Shown here: piece by piece, positions 1 to 9,284 of the stretch
Layout: every line of letters starts with the position of its first letter
Numbering within the stretch: the stretch's first letter is position 1
From: Gemmatimonadota bacterium
GTDB taxonomy: Bacteria; Gemmatimonadota; Gemmatimonadetes; Gemmatimonadales; GWC2-71-9
Direction of reading: 5' to 3'
Length of the DNA stretch: 64,000 bases
Assembly: GCA_036679605.1 (NCBI GenBank)
Contig: JAZDCZ010000247.1
Location: forward strand, 32,001-96,000
Notes under the pieces: model-generated
What the model was told of the DNA's origin: nothing
Databases searched by the model: none
The model's input: only the letters and a program-made list of their open reading frames with translations
Position numbers and translations under genes: made by a program

Positions 1-3000
1 CAGGGAGAGAGAATCCTGACGGTTCGAATACGAACCGGCGTCGAGGACGATTCGTCGAATACCGGCGGAAACGTTTTCAGCGCGGTCGTGCCGGTTGTTG
101 ACGAGGAAGAGCTGTTCGAGCATCCGACCGAACCCACACAGGTGCTGCGTGCGATCATTGATCCGCAGCGACTGAGTCCACGCGTGGAACTGGAAATGGA
201 TCGCACGGTGCGAGCCGGCAGAGGTCGGTTTCGCATGAAGCCGCAATTCGAGTTTCGATATGACACCGTGACTGTCCGGGCCGGTGAGCTAGAGGGGGTG
301 TTTCAGGATCTCACCATTAGGCGTGTGGCGCCGGGCGGTCCCGATCTCAAGGCTTTGACCGCAGCGTTTGATGACGTATACGGCATCCAGCCCGGACTCG
401 GCGGCAGGTTGGATCGGGCCCGTTCTGTGCTCGACAGGCTTGAAGTGGAGTCGCTCGAGCATGCAGTGCAGGCGGCACGGGAAGTTGCCGTCATCCCGTT
501 CGACTTCGGTAGGGTGGGGATGCATCTGGACAACGGCGTTCTCAAGGTACTGACTGGGTCTGGGGGTGGAGAGGAAGCCGCCCGGGCAGTGCTCAAGACC
601 TGGTTCTTGAGTTCGCAAGCACAACTTAGGCTCTTGGGGACGTCACCGGGGACAGGCAATCGTCCGGCGATGGAGGTGTGGATAGCCCGCCGAATACCGA
701 CGGGTCGAGACGGCCAGCCGGAACTCGAGTGGTTGTTCTTGGACGACATGATCTCTCTGGTGGGATCGCCTTCTGTGAGAGACAGCAGAACGTTGGCCGC
801 ATTGCATGTTGCGGCGCGCTCAGAACTCGTGCGGGAACGACCCGTCTGGGCGCAACGTGGCAAGATCCCCGAGGGGATCTCGATGGATCTATCAGACGAG
901 ATGCCAACGCAGGGACGCACGTCAGGCGCGCTGAGGGATCCGCAACTTGCAGCGAGTGCCCTGGATGTGTCGAGGCCCGACCCCGAGCAGTTCATCAACC
1001 GGGATTTGAGTCAACTCGCCTTCAACCTGCGGGTGCTCGAACTTGCTGAGGACAGACGTGTGCCCACGCTTGAACGGTTGAAGTATCTGTCGATCTTCAA
1101 CGCGACGATGGACGAGGTGTTCATGGTCAGGGTCGGAGTGCTGAAGCGCGCGACAGCCGGCGGTGGGTCGCGGAGGAGTATCGATGGATTGACGGCGGGT
1201 GAGCGGTTGGAGGCGGTGGCCATTCGTTCGAGACGGTTGATTGAGCGTGCCTATGGTTGTCTTTCCGACCAACTCTTACCCGAGCTTGCCGAGCATGGCA
1301 TCAAGATTCTCCGTTATTCGGACATGACCGATGAGCAGATCAAGTTTCTGAGAGGCCATTTCGAGGAGCAAGTCTTTCCGGTGTTGACTCCTCTGGCTGC
1401 TAGTCCCAGCCACCCGTTTCCGCACATCCCCAACTTCACAATTGCAATTGCATCGATGGTGCGAGATCCTGGAACCGGTACGGAACACTTTGCGGCTGTG
1501 CCGGTGCCGCCGTCAATTCCCAGATTCATTCGCCTACCAGAGACACATCACTTTGTGCCGATAGAGGCTGTGATGTGTGCGAACATCGAGATGATGTTCC
1601 ATGGCCTGGAGGTGATATCTTCGCATTGGTTGCGGGTGACTCGAAGCGGTGAAGTGCGGGTGGACGAATGGAGTTCACAGGATCTCATGCAAGCCATCGA
1701 GGAGGAAATTGAGAAGCGCCCATTCGGTCCTGTGGTACGTCTCGAGGTAGATGCGGCGATGCCGAAGGCGATGGTAGAGCTCTTAGTACAGGAGTTTTGC
1801 TACGAGGAGCCGTGTGATGTGAGCATGTTCGGGGAGTCGGATGTGTATCAGTATGATTGGCTTCCCGATCTAGGTGGCCTAGGAGAGATCGCCAAAGTAG
1901 ACAAGCCGGAGCTGCACTTTGGGAAGTTCGCTCCTGCCGAGCCCGACGATCCTGATCGCCTTCTGGTCGATCTGATTAGTGAAGGCGATATCATAAAGAA
2001 CTTCCCGTTCGATTCATTCGAAATGTCCGCAGAGCGATTCTTCGTGGAAGCTGCCGAAGATCCGGACGTGCTCGCCATCAAAGTGACACTCTATCGAACA
2101 AATCAGAACTCACAGATAGTCAGAGCCCTCGAACGCGCAGTTGCTACGGGTAAACAGGTCGTTGCACTGGTAGAATTGAAGGCCCGATTTGAAGAGGAGC
2201 GCAACATCGAATGGGCGAAATCGCTGGAGCGCGCTGGAATCCACGTGGTCTACGGCCTCCTGGGTCTCAAGACCCACGGCAAGATAGGGTTGGTCGTTCG
2301 GCGAGAGGGAGATGCCATGCGGCGATACGTTTATGTCGGCACGGGTAATCTTAACTCTGAAACGGCCAAGCACTACACAGACTTCGGGTTCTTCACTGCC
2401 GATCCCGAGATTGGTGCTGACATTAACGATCTCTTCAACGCAGTATCGGGTTACGCTCCCAGAGAAAAATATCGGCGGCTACTGGTTGCACCCCACACAA
2501 TGCTTCCACGATTTCTGGAACTCATCGAACGTGAGAGCGAGCACTCTAAAGCCGGGCGCGGTGGGAGAATCAGGGCCAAGATGAACGGATTGGGAGATCC
2601 GGAACTGATCGCCGCCCTCTATAGAGCATCGCAGGCCGGGGTGCATATCGATCTCATCGTGCGGGGAATATGCTCGCTCAGACCCGGAGTGCGTGGCCTT
2701 TCAGACCGTATTCGCGTGATCTGTGTGCTTGGCCGCTTTCTGGAGCATCCCCGCATATTTCATTTCGGCAACGACGATGACGATGAGTACTACATCGGAT
2801 CGGCCGACTGGCGCACTCGAAACCTCAGACGTCGCGTAGAGGTTGTAGTACCAATCACGGATAAACGCTGTCAGAGCGTACTGGACAAGGTTCTCGATAT
2901 GCAGTTGTACGATCCACTGGCGTGGGAGCTGACCGCTGATGGTTCGTACGTAAGGCGCAATATGCAGGGCGTCGGCTCGCAAGAGCAATTGATCGCCCGT

Positions 3001-3018
3001 GCCCTTGGAGACACGTAA
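1..3018 (+). CDS. ppk1: Polyphosphate kinase 1 with long N-terminal extension (CYTH-like and possibly Nudix-like); 5' end lies outside the window
   Basis: PPK1 motifs FINRDLSQLAFN, HPFPHI, IKVTLYRT, ELKARFEEERN, LKTHGK, GRFLEHPR, GSADWRTRNL. The frame is open from base 1. Confidence 0.95.
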   Translation, partial: QGERILTVRIRTGVEDDSSNTGGNVFSAVVPVVDEEELFEHPTEPTQVLRAIIDPQRLSPRVELEMDRTVRAGRGRFRMKPQFEFRYDTVTVRAGELEGVFQDLTIRRVAPGGPDLKALTAAFDDVYGIQPGLGGRLDRARSVLDRLEVESLEHAVQAAREVAVIPFDFGRVGMHLDNGVLKVLTGSGGGEEAARAVLKTWFLSSQAQLRLLGTSPGTGNRPAMEVWIARRIPTGRDGQPELEWLFLDDMISLVGSPSVRDSRTLAALHVAARSELVRERPVWAQRGKIPEGISMDLSDEMPTQGRTSGALRDPQLAASALDVSRPDPEQFINRDLSQLAFNLRVLELAEDRRVPTLERLKYLSIFNATMDEVFMVRVGVLKRATAGGGSRRSIDGLTAGERLEAVAIRSRRLIERAYGCLSDQLLPELAEHGIKILRYSDMTDEQIKFLRGHFEEQVFPVLTPLAASPSHPFPHIPNFTIAIASMVRDPGTGTEHFAAVPVPPSIPRFIRLPETHHFVPIEAVMCANIEMMFHGLEVISSHWLRVTRSGEVRVDEWSSQDLMQAIEEEIEKRPFGPVVRLEVDAAMPKAMVELLVQEFCYEEPCDVSMFGESDVYQYDWLPDLGGLGEIAKVDKPELHFGKFAPAEPDDPDRLLVDLISEGDIIKNFPFDSFEMSAERFFVEAAEDPDVLAIKVTLYRTNQNSQIVRALERAVATGKQVVALVELKARFEEERNIEWAKSLERAGIHVVYGLLGLKTHGKIGLVVRREGDAMRRYVYVGTGNLNSETAKHYTDFGFFTADPEIGADINDLFNAVSGYAPREKYRRLLVAPHTMLPRFLELIERESEHSKAGRGGRIRAKMNGLGDPELIAALYRASQAGVHIDLIVRGICSLRPGVRGLSDRIRVICVLGRFLEHPRIFHFGNDDDDEYYIGSADWRTRNLRRRVEVVVPITDKRCQSVLDKVLDMQLYDPLAWELTADGSYVRRNMQGVGSQEQLIARALGDT

Positions 3019-5216
3019 TGAGACAGCATTGCTTGCTGGTCATGATCGCCCAACTCTTGGCAGTGCCGGCTCTAGCGCAGGTATCTCAGCTCAGAGAGCT
3101 ACCTAGGCTCAGCAACGAGACCATTTGGAACTCGCCGGAGTTCACCAATGATATGGTGTCTGCCGACTGGGACCGGAACCCGCAGTACTTCACCATTACG
3201 CGAAGTGGCAGCAGTGGGGCATCGGATATTTATCGGATCGACGCGCGCTCGGGTACGGAGGAGTTGCTGGTCAGTGGCAGTGACCTAGTGCCACGCGGAC
3301 AACACAATCCGATCAAGGTTGAGTCGTACCGATTTTCCGACGACGGGACGAAAGTGCTCATCTTCACGAACTCAGTTCGCGTCTGGAGACAGAATACCAA
3401 GGGTGAGTACTTCATCTGGGACAGGAATAGACGGCAGCTCAATCCGATCAGTGACCGTCCCGGGTTACAGCAGTTCGCCAAGCTATCACCCAACGCGAAG
3501 TCGGTAGCGTTCGTACGAGATAACAACATCTTTGTCGCGGAATTGCGATCCGGGAGGGAAAAGCAACTCACGTTCGACGGCGATGAGAACGTAATCAACG
3601 GTACGTCCGATTGGGTTTATGAAGAGGAACTGGGAGTGCGAGACGCGTTTAGCTTCAGTCCCGATGGCAAACGGATTGTGTTTTGGCGGTTTGATCAGTC
3701 AGCGATCAAACCGTTCTTTTTGATCGACCAAACGTCACCGCATCCTAGTCTACTTTCCGTCCGATATCCACTTGCAGGTGAACAAAACTCGGAAGTGAAG
3801 ATCGGTGTGGCTGAAATCGCCTCAGGCAAAACCACCTGGGTTGATCTCGGTACTGAAGAAGATATCTACGTCGCCGCGTTGGGTTTTGCGGAACAGTCCG
3901 ACGACATTTGGCTCACTCGTCTCAATCGGCATCAGAATAAGCAGGACCTGATGATGGCCGATGCCCAGACAGGCGTGTCTAGAGTCATCATGACCGACAC
4001 TGATGATGCCTGGATCGACGCTCGAGCGCCGAGGTGGATCGACGACGGTGAACGATTTCTGATCGAGAGCGAGCGCGACGGCTACAATCAGGTGTTTCTG
4101 TACAGCCGTGACGGCAGTTTAGTACGCAAGGTGACTACGGCGGAGTGGGATGTTATGCGTGTATTGGGGGTCGATGAGGAGCACAGGGTCCTCTATTTCA
4201 CCGGAGCAGGCGAGGGGCCCTTGGTCAGGCCGCTCTACAGTGTGCAACTCGATGGCACAGGTCTCAAGAGGATATCGTCTGCGAACGGTACTCACAGCAT
4301 CGAGTTCAATAGCGACTACTCAATGTATGTGGATACCTACTCTAGTGCCGGCGTGCCTCCCGTGAAGACGTTACACGATTCGGACGGCAGCGTTGTCCGC
4401 ACCATTGCCGACAACGAACGGGTGATTGAGAATGTGCGGGCGTTGAGTCTAACGCCACCCGAGTTCATCAAGGTTCCTGCGGCCGACGGGACCAGACTGA
4501 ACGCCTACATCATACGGCCGCCGGACTTCGATCCGGGAAGAAAGTATCCGGTTCTCATGTACGTTTATGGTGGTCCGGGATCGCAGACAGTGCAGGACTC
4601 TTGGGGTGGTGGGCGCTATCTCTGGCACCAACTCTTGGCTTCGGATGGCTACGTCGTGATGAGCGTGGATAACCGCGGCACGGGTGCTCGCGGACGCGAC
4701 TTCAAGAAGCAGACCTACTTGAACCTCGGGAAGCTTGAGGCGGCCGACCAGATTGCCGTCGCCGAGTACTTGGGTTCGCTGGCGTTCGTCGACGCCAACC
4801 GCATAGGCGTATGGGGATGGAGCTACGGTGGCTACATGTCGCTCTTGGCTATGTTGCGGGGCAACGGTGTGTTCAAGGCGGCGTTGTCGGTGGCACCTGT
4901 CACCGATTGGCGCTTCTATGACACAATCTATACCGAGCGATACATGCGAACGCCTCAGGAAAACGAACAGGGGTACAACTCCGGCGCTCCGCTAGGTTAT
5001 GCCGATAGGTTGCAGGGGAATTTGTTGCTGGTACACGGTACCGGCGACGACAACGTGCATCCACAAAATACCATACGGATGATCCAGGCGCTGGAAGATG
5101 CAAACAGACAGTTCGACATGCGTCTGTATCCCAACAAGACCCACTCGATCAGTGGTGGTCGCACTAGAGTGAACCTGTATGACCTGTTCACTGAGTGGCT
5201 GAAAGAAAACTTGTAG
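3018..5216 (+). CDS. Dipeptidyl peptidase IV (S9B family), secreted
   Basis: Signal peptide, NGTSDWVYEEE, GWSYGGY nucleophile motif, HGTGDDNVH, C-terminal His. Confidence 0.93.
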   Translation: MRQHCLLVMIAQLLAVPALAQVSQLRELPRLSNETIWNSPEFTNDMVSADWDRNPQYFTITRSGSSGASDIYRIDARSGTEELLVSGSDLVPRGQHNPIKVESYRFSDDGTKVLIFTNSVRVWRQNTKGEYFIWDRNRRQLNPISDRPGLQQFAKLSPNAKSVAFVRDNNIFVAELRSGREKQLTFDGDENVINGTSDWVYEEELGVRDAFSFSPDGKRIVFWRFDQSAIKPFFLIDQTSPHPSLLSVRYPLAGEQNSEVKIGVAEIASGKTTWVDLGTEEDIYVAALGFAEQSDDIWLTRLNRHQNKQDLMMADAQTGVSRVIMTDTDDAWIDARAPRWIDDGERFLIESERDGYNQVFLYSRDGSLVRKVTTAEWDVMRVLGVDEEHRVLYFTGAGEGPLVRPLYSVQLDGTGLKRISSANGTHSIEFNSDYSMYVDTYSSAGVPPVKTLHDSDGSVVRTIADNERVIENVRALSLTPPEFIKVPAADGTRLNAYIIRPPDFDPGRKYPVLMYVYGGPGSQTVQDSWGGGRYLWHQLLASDGYVVMSVDNRGTGARGRDFKKQTYLNLGKLEAADQIAVAEYLGSLAFVDANRIGVWGWSYGGYMSLLAMLRGNGVFKAALSVAPVTDWRFYDTIYTERYMRTPQENEQGYNSGAPLGYADRLQGNLLLVHGTGDDNVHPQNTIRMIQALEDANRQFDMRLYPNKTHSISGGRTRVNLYDLFTEWLKENL

Positions 5217-5223
5217 GGCTGGC

Positions 5224-6342
5224 TTAGTCCGACAAGAGATTCTGAAGCGCGGGTTGGAGCATTCCCAGCGCCTGCTCGAGTTCCCATAGCTCATTGCCGT
5301 AGCCGAGCCGCAAGGATCGCGGATACCCGAAGTGATCGCCCGGCTCTAGGAGAATACTTTTCTCGATGCGGATTCTATTCGCAAGGTCGAGTGCGGAAAT
5401 AGCTTGGCTGTAGCCTACGAAGCAGATCGCCCCACAGTCCGGCTTCTTCCACTGCACTAGGTCACCGAATCCGCGCAGCCACTCCTCCAGCACCGGATAG
5501 TTCTTGTTCAAGATGCCGCGGGTTCGGGCAAACAAACGGTCGCGTACACTGAGCGCCTGCCGGGCGAGGTAGTCGCTTGCAGCCGGCGGACATATCACCG
5601 TGTAGTCGTGGCGTGCATGGAACGATTCCTTGAGTTTGCTTGGTCCCACGATCCAGCCGATGCGGAGGCCAGGTAGTCCGTACGCTTTGGAGAGTCCACT
5701 CACCACTATGGTTCGTTCATAGCTACCCCAGAACGATCTCGTAGTCTGGCCGTCCAACTCGGCGCCCATATAGATCTCGTCCGCCAGCAGCCATGCACCG
5801 GCTTCCCGGGTACAAGCCAGGATGACCTCGCGTGACCGCTCCGTCAGTACGTGACCTGTCGGGTTGTTGGGATTGGTGACGACCACGAGCTTGGTCCCGG
5901 GAGAGATAGCTCGCCTAACGTCGTCCGGATCGAGCTCCCAGTCTAGCTCCCGTCTGAGATGAAACTCGGCAATGTCGGCGCCGAGGTTCTGTGCCAAACC
6001 CCAGGCCTGACGGTACATGGGAACCAGGGTTGCGATACGGTCGCCCGGCTCGATGAGTGACCAGCAGGTTAGAAAATTTGCCTCCGAGCTGCCCACGGTC
6101 ACTAAGACGTTTTGGTCGGTTGCCCCTGTGTAGAGCGCCGCGATAGCCGTGCGCAACTGGTCGGTGCCGTCAGCTTGTGAATAGCCGAGTGCTAAGGAGT
6201 CCAACTCCTCTCGATCGGCTCCAGCCAGTTCCAGCAGTTCCTTGATGGTAAGGGGGTGTACGCCGCTCTCTGACAGGTTGAAGTGCACGCGGTGTTCCCA
6301 CTTGCTTTGCCAGCGCTCTAATTCGAATGGTATGAAGGGCAA
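5224..6342 (-). CDS. PLP-dependent aminotransferase class I/II
   Basis: NPNNPTG, ADEIY and SGLSKAYGLPGLRIGW motifs. Confidence 0.92.
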   Translation of the reverse strand: MPFIPFELERWQSKWEHRVHFNLSESGVHPLTIKELLELAGADREELDSLALGYSQADGTDQLRTAIAALYTGATDQNVLVTVGSSEANFLTCWSLIEPGDRIATLVPMYRQAWGLAQNLGADIAEFHLRRELDWELDPDDVRRAISPGTKLVVVTNPNNPTGHVLTERSREVILACTREAGAWLLADEIYMGAELDGQTTRSFWGSYERTIVVSGLSKAYGLPGLRIGWIVGPSKLKESFHARHDYTVICPPAASDYLARQALSVRDRLFARTRGILNKNYPVLEEWLRGFGDLVQWKKPDCGAICFVGYSQAISALDLANRIRIEKSILLEPGDHFGYPRSLRLGYGNELWELEQALGMLQPALQNLLSD

Positions 6343-6396
6343 CGGGTCTCCCGGGTTACTTGCCGAAGCAAGGTAGCCCGGGAGTCCAGTAAGTGG

Positions 6397-7479
6397 CTAG
6401 TTAGATCGGCGGATATGCACGCTTCCCGATCCGGTGTCGATGGAGAGCCGAGTGCCGCCGTCACCGATTGTGCCGCTAAGATGGTCACGCGACCAGCGGC
6501 GGGTGGTCACGGGCATTCCCAGTTCGATGTCTCCGCTCCCCGTCTCGATATCGATGCTGGCGCCGAACGATTCAGGCACGGTAATCGTGACGCTCCCCGA
6601 GCCGGTGTCTATCTCGATGTTCCGGGCATCTGACAGCAGCTCCAGCGTTATGGATCCGCTTCCCGTATCGAGCCGGATGTCGGTTGCCTTTACTCGCTCG
6701 ACCCGGATTCTGCCCGATCCAGTATCGACGTCGAGATCCGAGATGTCGACGTCGGAAGCGGTAACAGAGCCTGAACCGGTATCGATCAACAAGGACCGGC
6801 CCTGTACTCCGGTCACCTCTACGCCACCCGAACCGGTGTCCAGGTTGACCTCTCCCTGAGCGTCGGTGACAGCAATTTGGCCTGAGCCTACGTCCACCAT
6901 CAGAGACCCCGTCGTCCCGCTCGCCGTTACATCGGCGCTGTGAGTGTCAATCAAGATTTCACCGTCGACGTTGGTGATCGAGGCTTGACCCACAGCCAAA
7001 TATATCTCGATGTGCTGTCCCTTCGGGACTCGGATCGTTAGGTCGGCGTAGGCCTCCAATCCACTTCCGGACCCTGCTACCGTCACACGGTCACCGCGGC
7101 CGCGCCGTCCGCCACGCGAATTGCCGCCGAACGTACCGTCGGCCCGTACCCTCAGTTCGGTGCGCGAGCGCCGTCCCAAGGAGGGATAGATGACGCGATC
7201 GTCCGGATAGATCACGCGCAGTGTCTGGGCATCGCCCAGGCTCCCCACTTCCACCGTTAGCTTGTCTGCATCATCCCCGCTCCGAACTACCTCCACTGTC
7301 ACGTTCGATCCTGATCCGGCCTCGACCTTCACCTCGCCCGCGATATTGTATATCGCGACGGTACGACCCGAGAGATCGTAGCTCTGACCGTGCGCCGCAG
7401 TGCTACCGACTCCTAGCAATCCCAGCCCTGCTGCCAACGGGATCAGTGAAAAAACGGCACTTCTACTCACAACCGACAT
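6397..7479 (-). CDS. Secreted beta-strand repeat protein (DUF4097/adhesin-like)
   Basis: Signal peptide and repeated xDTGSGx units. Confidence 0.8.
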   Translation of the reverse strand: MSVVSRSAVFSLIPLAAGLGLLGVGSTAAHGQSYDLSGRTVAIYNIAGEVKVEAGSGSNVTVEVVRSGDDADKLTVEVGSLGDAQTLRVIYPDDRVIYPSLGRRSRTELRVRADGTFGGNSRGGRRGRGDRVTVAGSGSGLEAYADLTIRVPKGQHIEIYLAVGQASITNVDGEILIDTHSADVTASGTTGSLMVDVGSGQIAVTDAQGEVNLDTGSGGVEVTGVQGRSLLIDTGSGSVTASDVDISDLDVDTGSGRIRVERVKATDIRLDTGSGSITLELLSDARNIEIDTGSGSVTITVPESFGASIDIETGSGDIELGMPVTTRRWSRDHLSGTIGDGGTRLSIDTGSGSVHIRRSN

Positions 7480-7537
7480 GGTTTTCTCCTGGATTATGAA
7501 TGACTTCTACTGTCCTCAGGTTTGATACCTCAATCGG

Positions 7538-8476
7538 TCATAAGGTTGCGGGCGGTGGCCCGCCGGCACGTGCTCCCTCTTTGCCCTCCGTGGCATTGTC
7601 GAAAATCCGTCGCGTCGGGTAGGCGAAATCTATGTCGTCGCACACGCTGAATTCTCTCAGAATGTTCTCCCAGATTGCTGCGGTGCTCGTACGCCGTTTT
7701 CGTGGGTCGCAGAGGTAGCGCATCGTCAGAAGGACTCCGCAGTCGGGAACGGATGTGTAGACGATGGGAGTAAGACTCGAGTAGAATATCAGGTAACGAT
7801 TGGCAGCCTCTCTTATTCGTTCTTCCGCCTTCTTGGTAAGATGTTCCGAGTGGTCCCGTACAATTCTCCCTAGTATCTCCTTGGCCTTCTCCCAATCGCT
7901 CTCAAAAGTCACCAAGACACCAATTTCATTCCATATGTACCGGAAGCCTTTGCTGTAATTGGCAAGCACATCGGTCAATATCTTGCCGTTGGGGATGTGA
8001 ATTACCCGACCTGTGCTCTGATCGGCCTCAACCCAGTTGCCGATTTCCAGCAGAGTAAACTGGAAGATTCTCTGGTCGATTACGTCGCCCGCGTTTTCAC
8101 CAATCTGGATACGGTCTCCCACCTCAAACGGACGTCTCCAAAGGATGATGATCCAAGCGGCGAAGTTGACTACAATATCCTTGAGGGCGATGGCCAGACC
8201 GGCGCTCAGCAGTCCGAAGAAAGTTCCTAGAGATTGGAGTATCTCCGACCAAAGGGCTCCGACGATCACGAGTCCGGCGCCGACGGCGGCATACCGCGAT
8301 GTCTTTTGCCACCGGTACACTGTACGGACGTCTTCGATCCTCTTCCGCACTATGGTCAGAACAATGCGGCGCAGGATCGCCAGGCCCAGTACGATGATTA
8401 GCGACCAGATCAGCTTTCCCTGGGCGCCTGGGACGAAGTTCAACGTTTCTTGGAACCAGTTCGTAACATTAGGCAT
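7538..8476 (-). CDS. mscS: Small-conductance mechanosensitive channel (MscS family); start may extend to 8515
   Basis: TM helices, RRPFEVGDRIQIG, IPN motif, FAYPT. Confidence 0.88.
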   Translation of the reverse strand: MPNVTNWFQETLNFVPGAQGKLIWSLIIVLGLAILRRIVLTIVRKRIEDVRTVYRWQKTSRYAAVGAGLVIVGALWSEILQSLGTFFGLLSAGLAIALKDIVVNFAAWIIILWRRPFEVGDRIQIGENAGDVIDQRIFQFTLLEIGNWVEADQSTGRVIHIPNGKILTDVLANYSKGFRYIWNEIGVLVTFESDWEKAKEILGRIVRDHSEHLTKKAEERIREAANRYLIFYSSLTPIVYTSVPDCGVLLTMRYLCDPRKRRTSTAAIWENILREFSVCDDIDFAYPTRRIFDNATEGKEGARAGGPPPATL

Positions 8477-8531
8477 AGCGGCCTGAGAGTTGTTGCCGGG
8501 ATTTGCCCCCCCCACCCCGATGTGGTGGAGG

Positions 8532-9194
8532 CTAGCCCCTGCAGTCGGTTCTGGTTGCGAAGGTGGCGATCTCAGAGGGCTGGGTCAACCAGCGGTCCGG
8601 CGGCGGACTGTCGAGGTCGCTACGCTCGAAGGGTCCCCAAAGGGCAGCTGCGGTGATCACTCCGGCGGCCCGTCCGGCGGCCATGTCGTGTGGTGAGTCT
8701 CCCACAAATACAGTCCGGCTGGCGTTGGCTTCGAGGAGTTCGAGCGCCCTAAGGACGGGAGCCGGATCCGGCTTGTGTTTTGTGACATCGTCGGCAGCCA
8801 CGAGAGTATTGAACAGGCCTGAGAGTTCGCAGACCTCGAGTCCGCGGTGCGCACCGGCCCGGGCTTTGCTAGTGACGATGCCCAGGCGATCCGTCGTGCT
8901 CCGGAGTGATTCGAGCGCATGCTTGATGCCGGGATAGGGGCGGACCGATTCGTCATGGTGAGCCAGCGTGTAGTTTCTGTACGTTGTTATCATCGAGTCG
9001 AGTTCGGCGGAGTCTCGGGCAAAGGCCTTGAGCTGAGTTCGCAACGGCGTTCCGACTCCGGCGAGCCACGCACGGTCGGGTGGAACCGATTGACCGTGTT
9101 CTCGAATAGTGTGTCGAAACGAACTGAGGATTAGTTCTATTGAATCGATCAGTGTGCCGTCGAGATCGAAAAGGAATGTGTCGATTATTGACAT
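8532..9194 (-). CDS. HAD-IA hydrolase (PpaX/phosphoglycolate phosphatase-like)
   Basis: FDLDGTLIDS, IVTSK, KPDP, VGDSPHD. ATG at 9194 lies just before motif I. Confidence 0.88.
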   Translation of the reverse strand: MSIIDTFLFDLDGTLIDSIELILSSFRHTIREHGQSVPPDRAWLAGVGTPLRTQLKAFARDSAELDSMITTYRNYTLAHHDESVRPYPGIKHALESLRSTTDRLGIVTSKARAGAHRGLEVCELSGLFNTLVAADDVTKHKPDPAPVLRALELLEANASRTVFVGDSPHDMAAGRAAGVITAAALWGPFERSDLDSPPPDRWLTQPSEIATFATRTDCRG

Positions 9195-9284
9195 TTGCAG
9201 AAGATCTCCGGTCTCTTCTATTTTCGCTAGCTCGAGAGGATTCGCGATGGTGCCGCGTGGGTCCTCTTTGCCTGTCCTAGAGAT

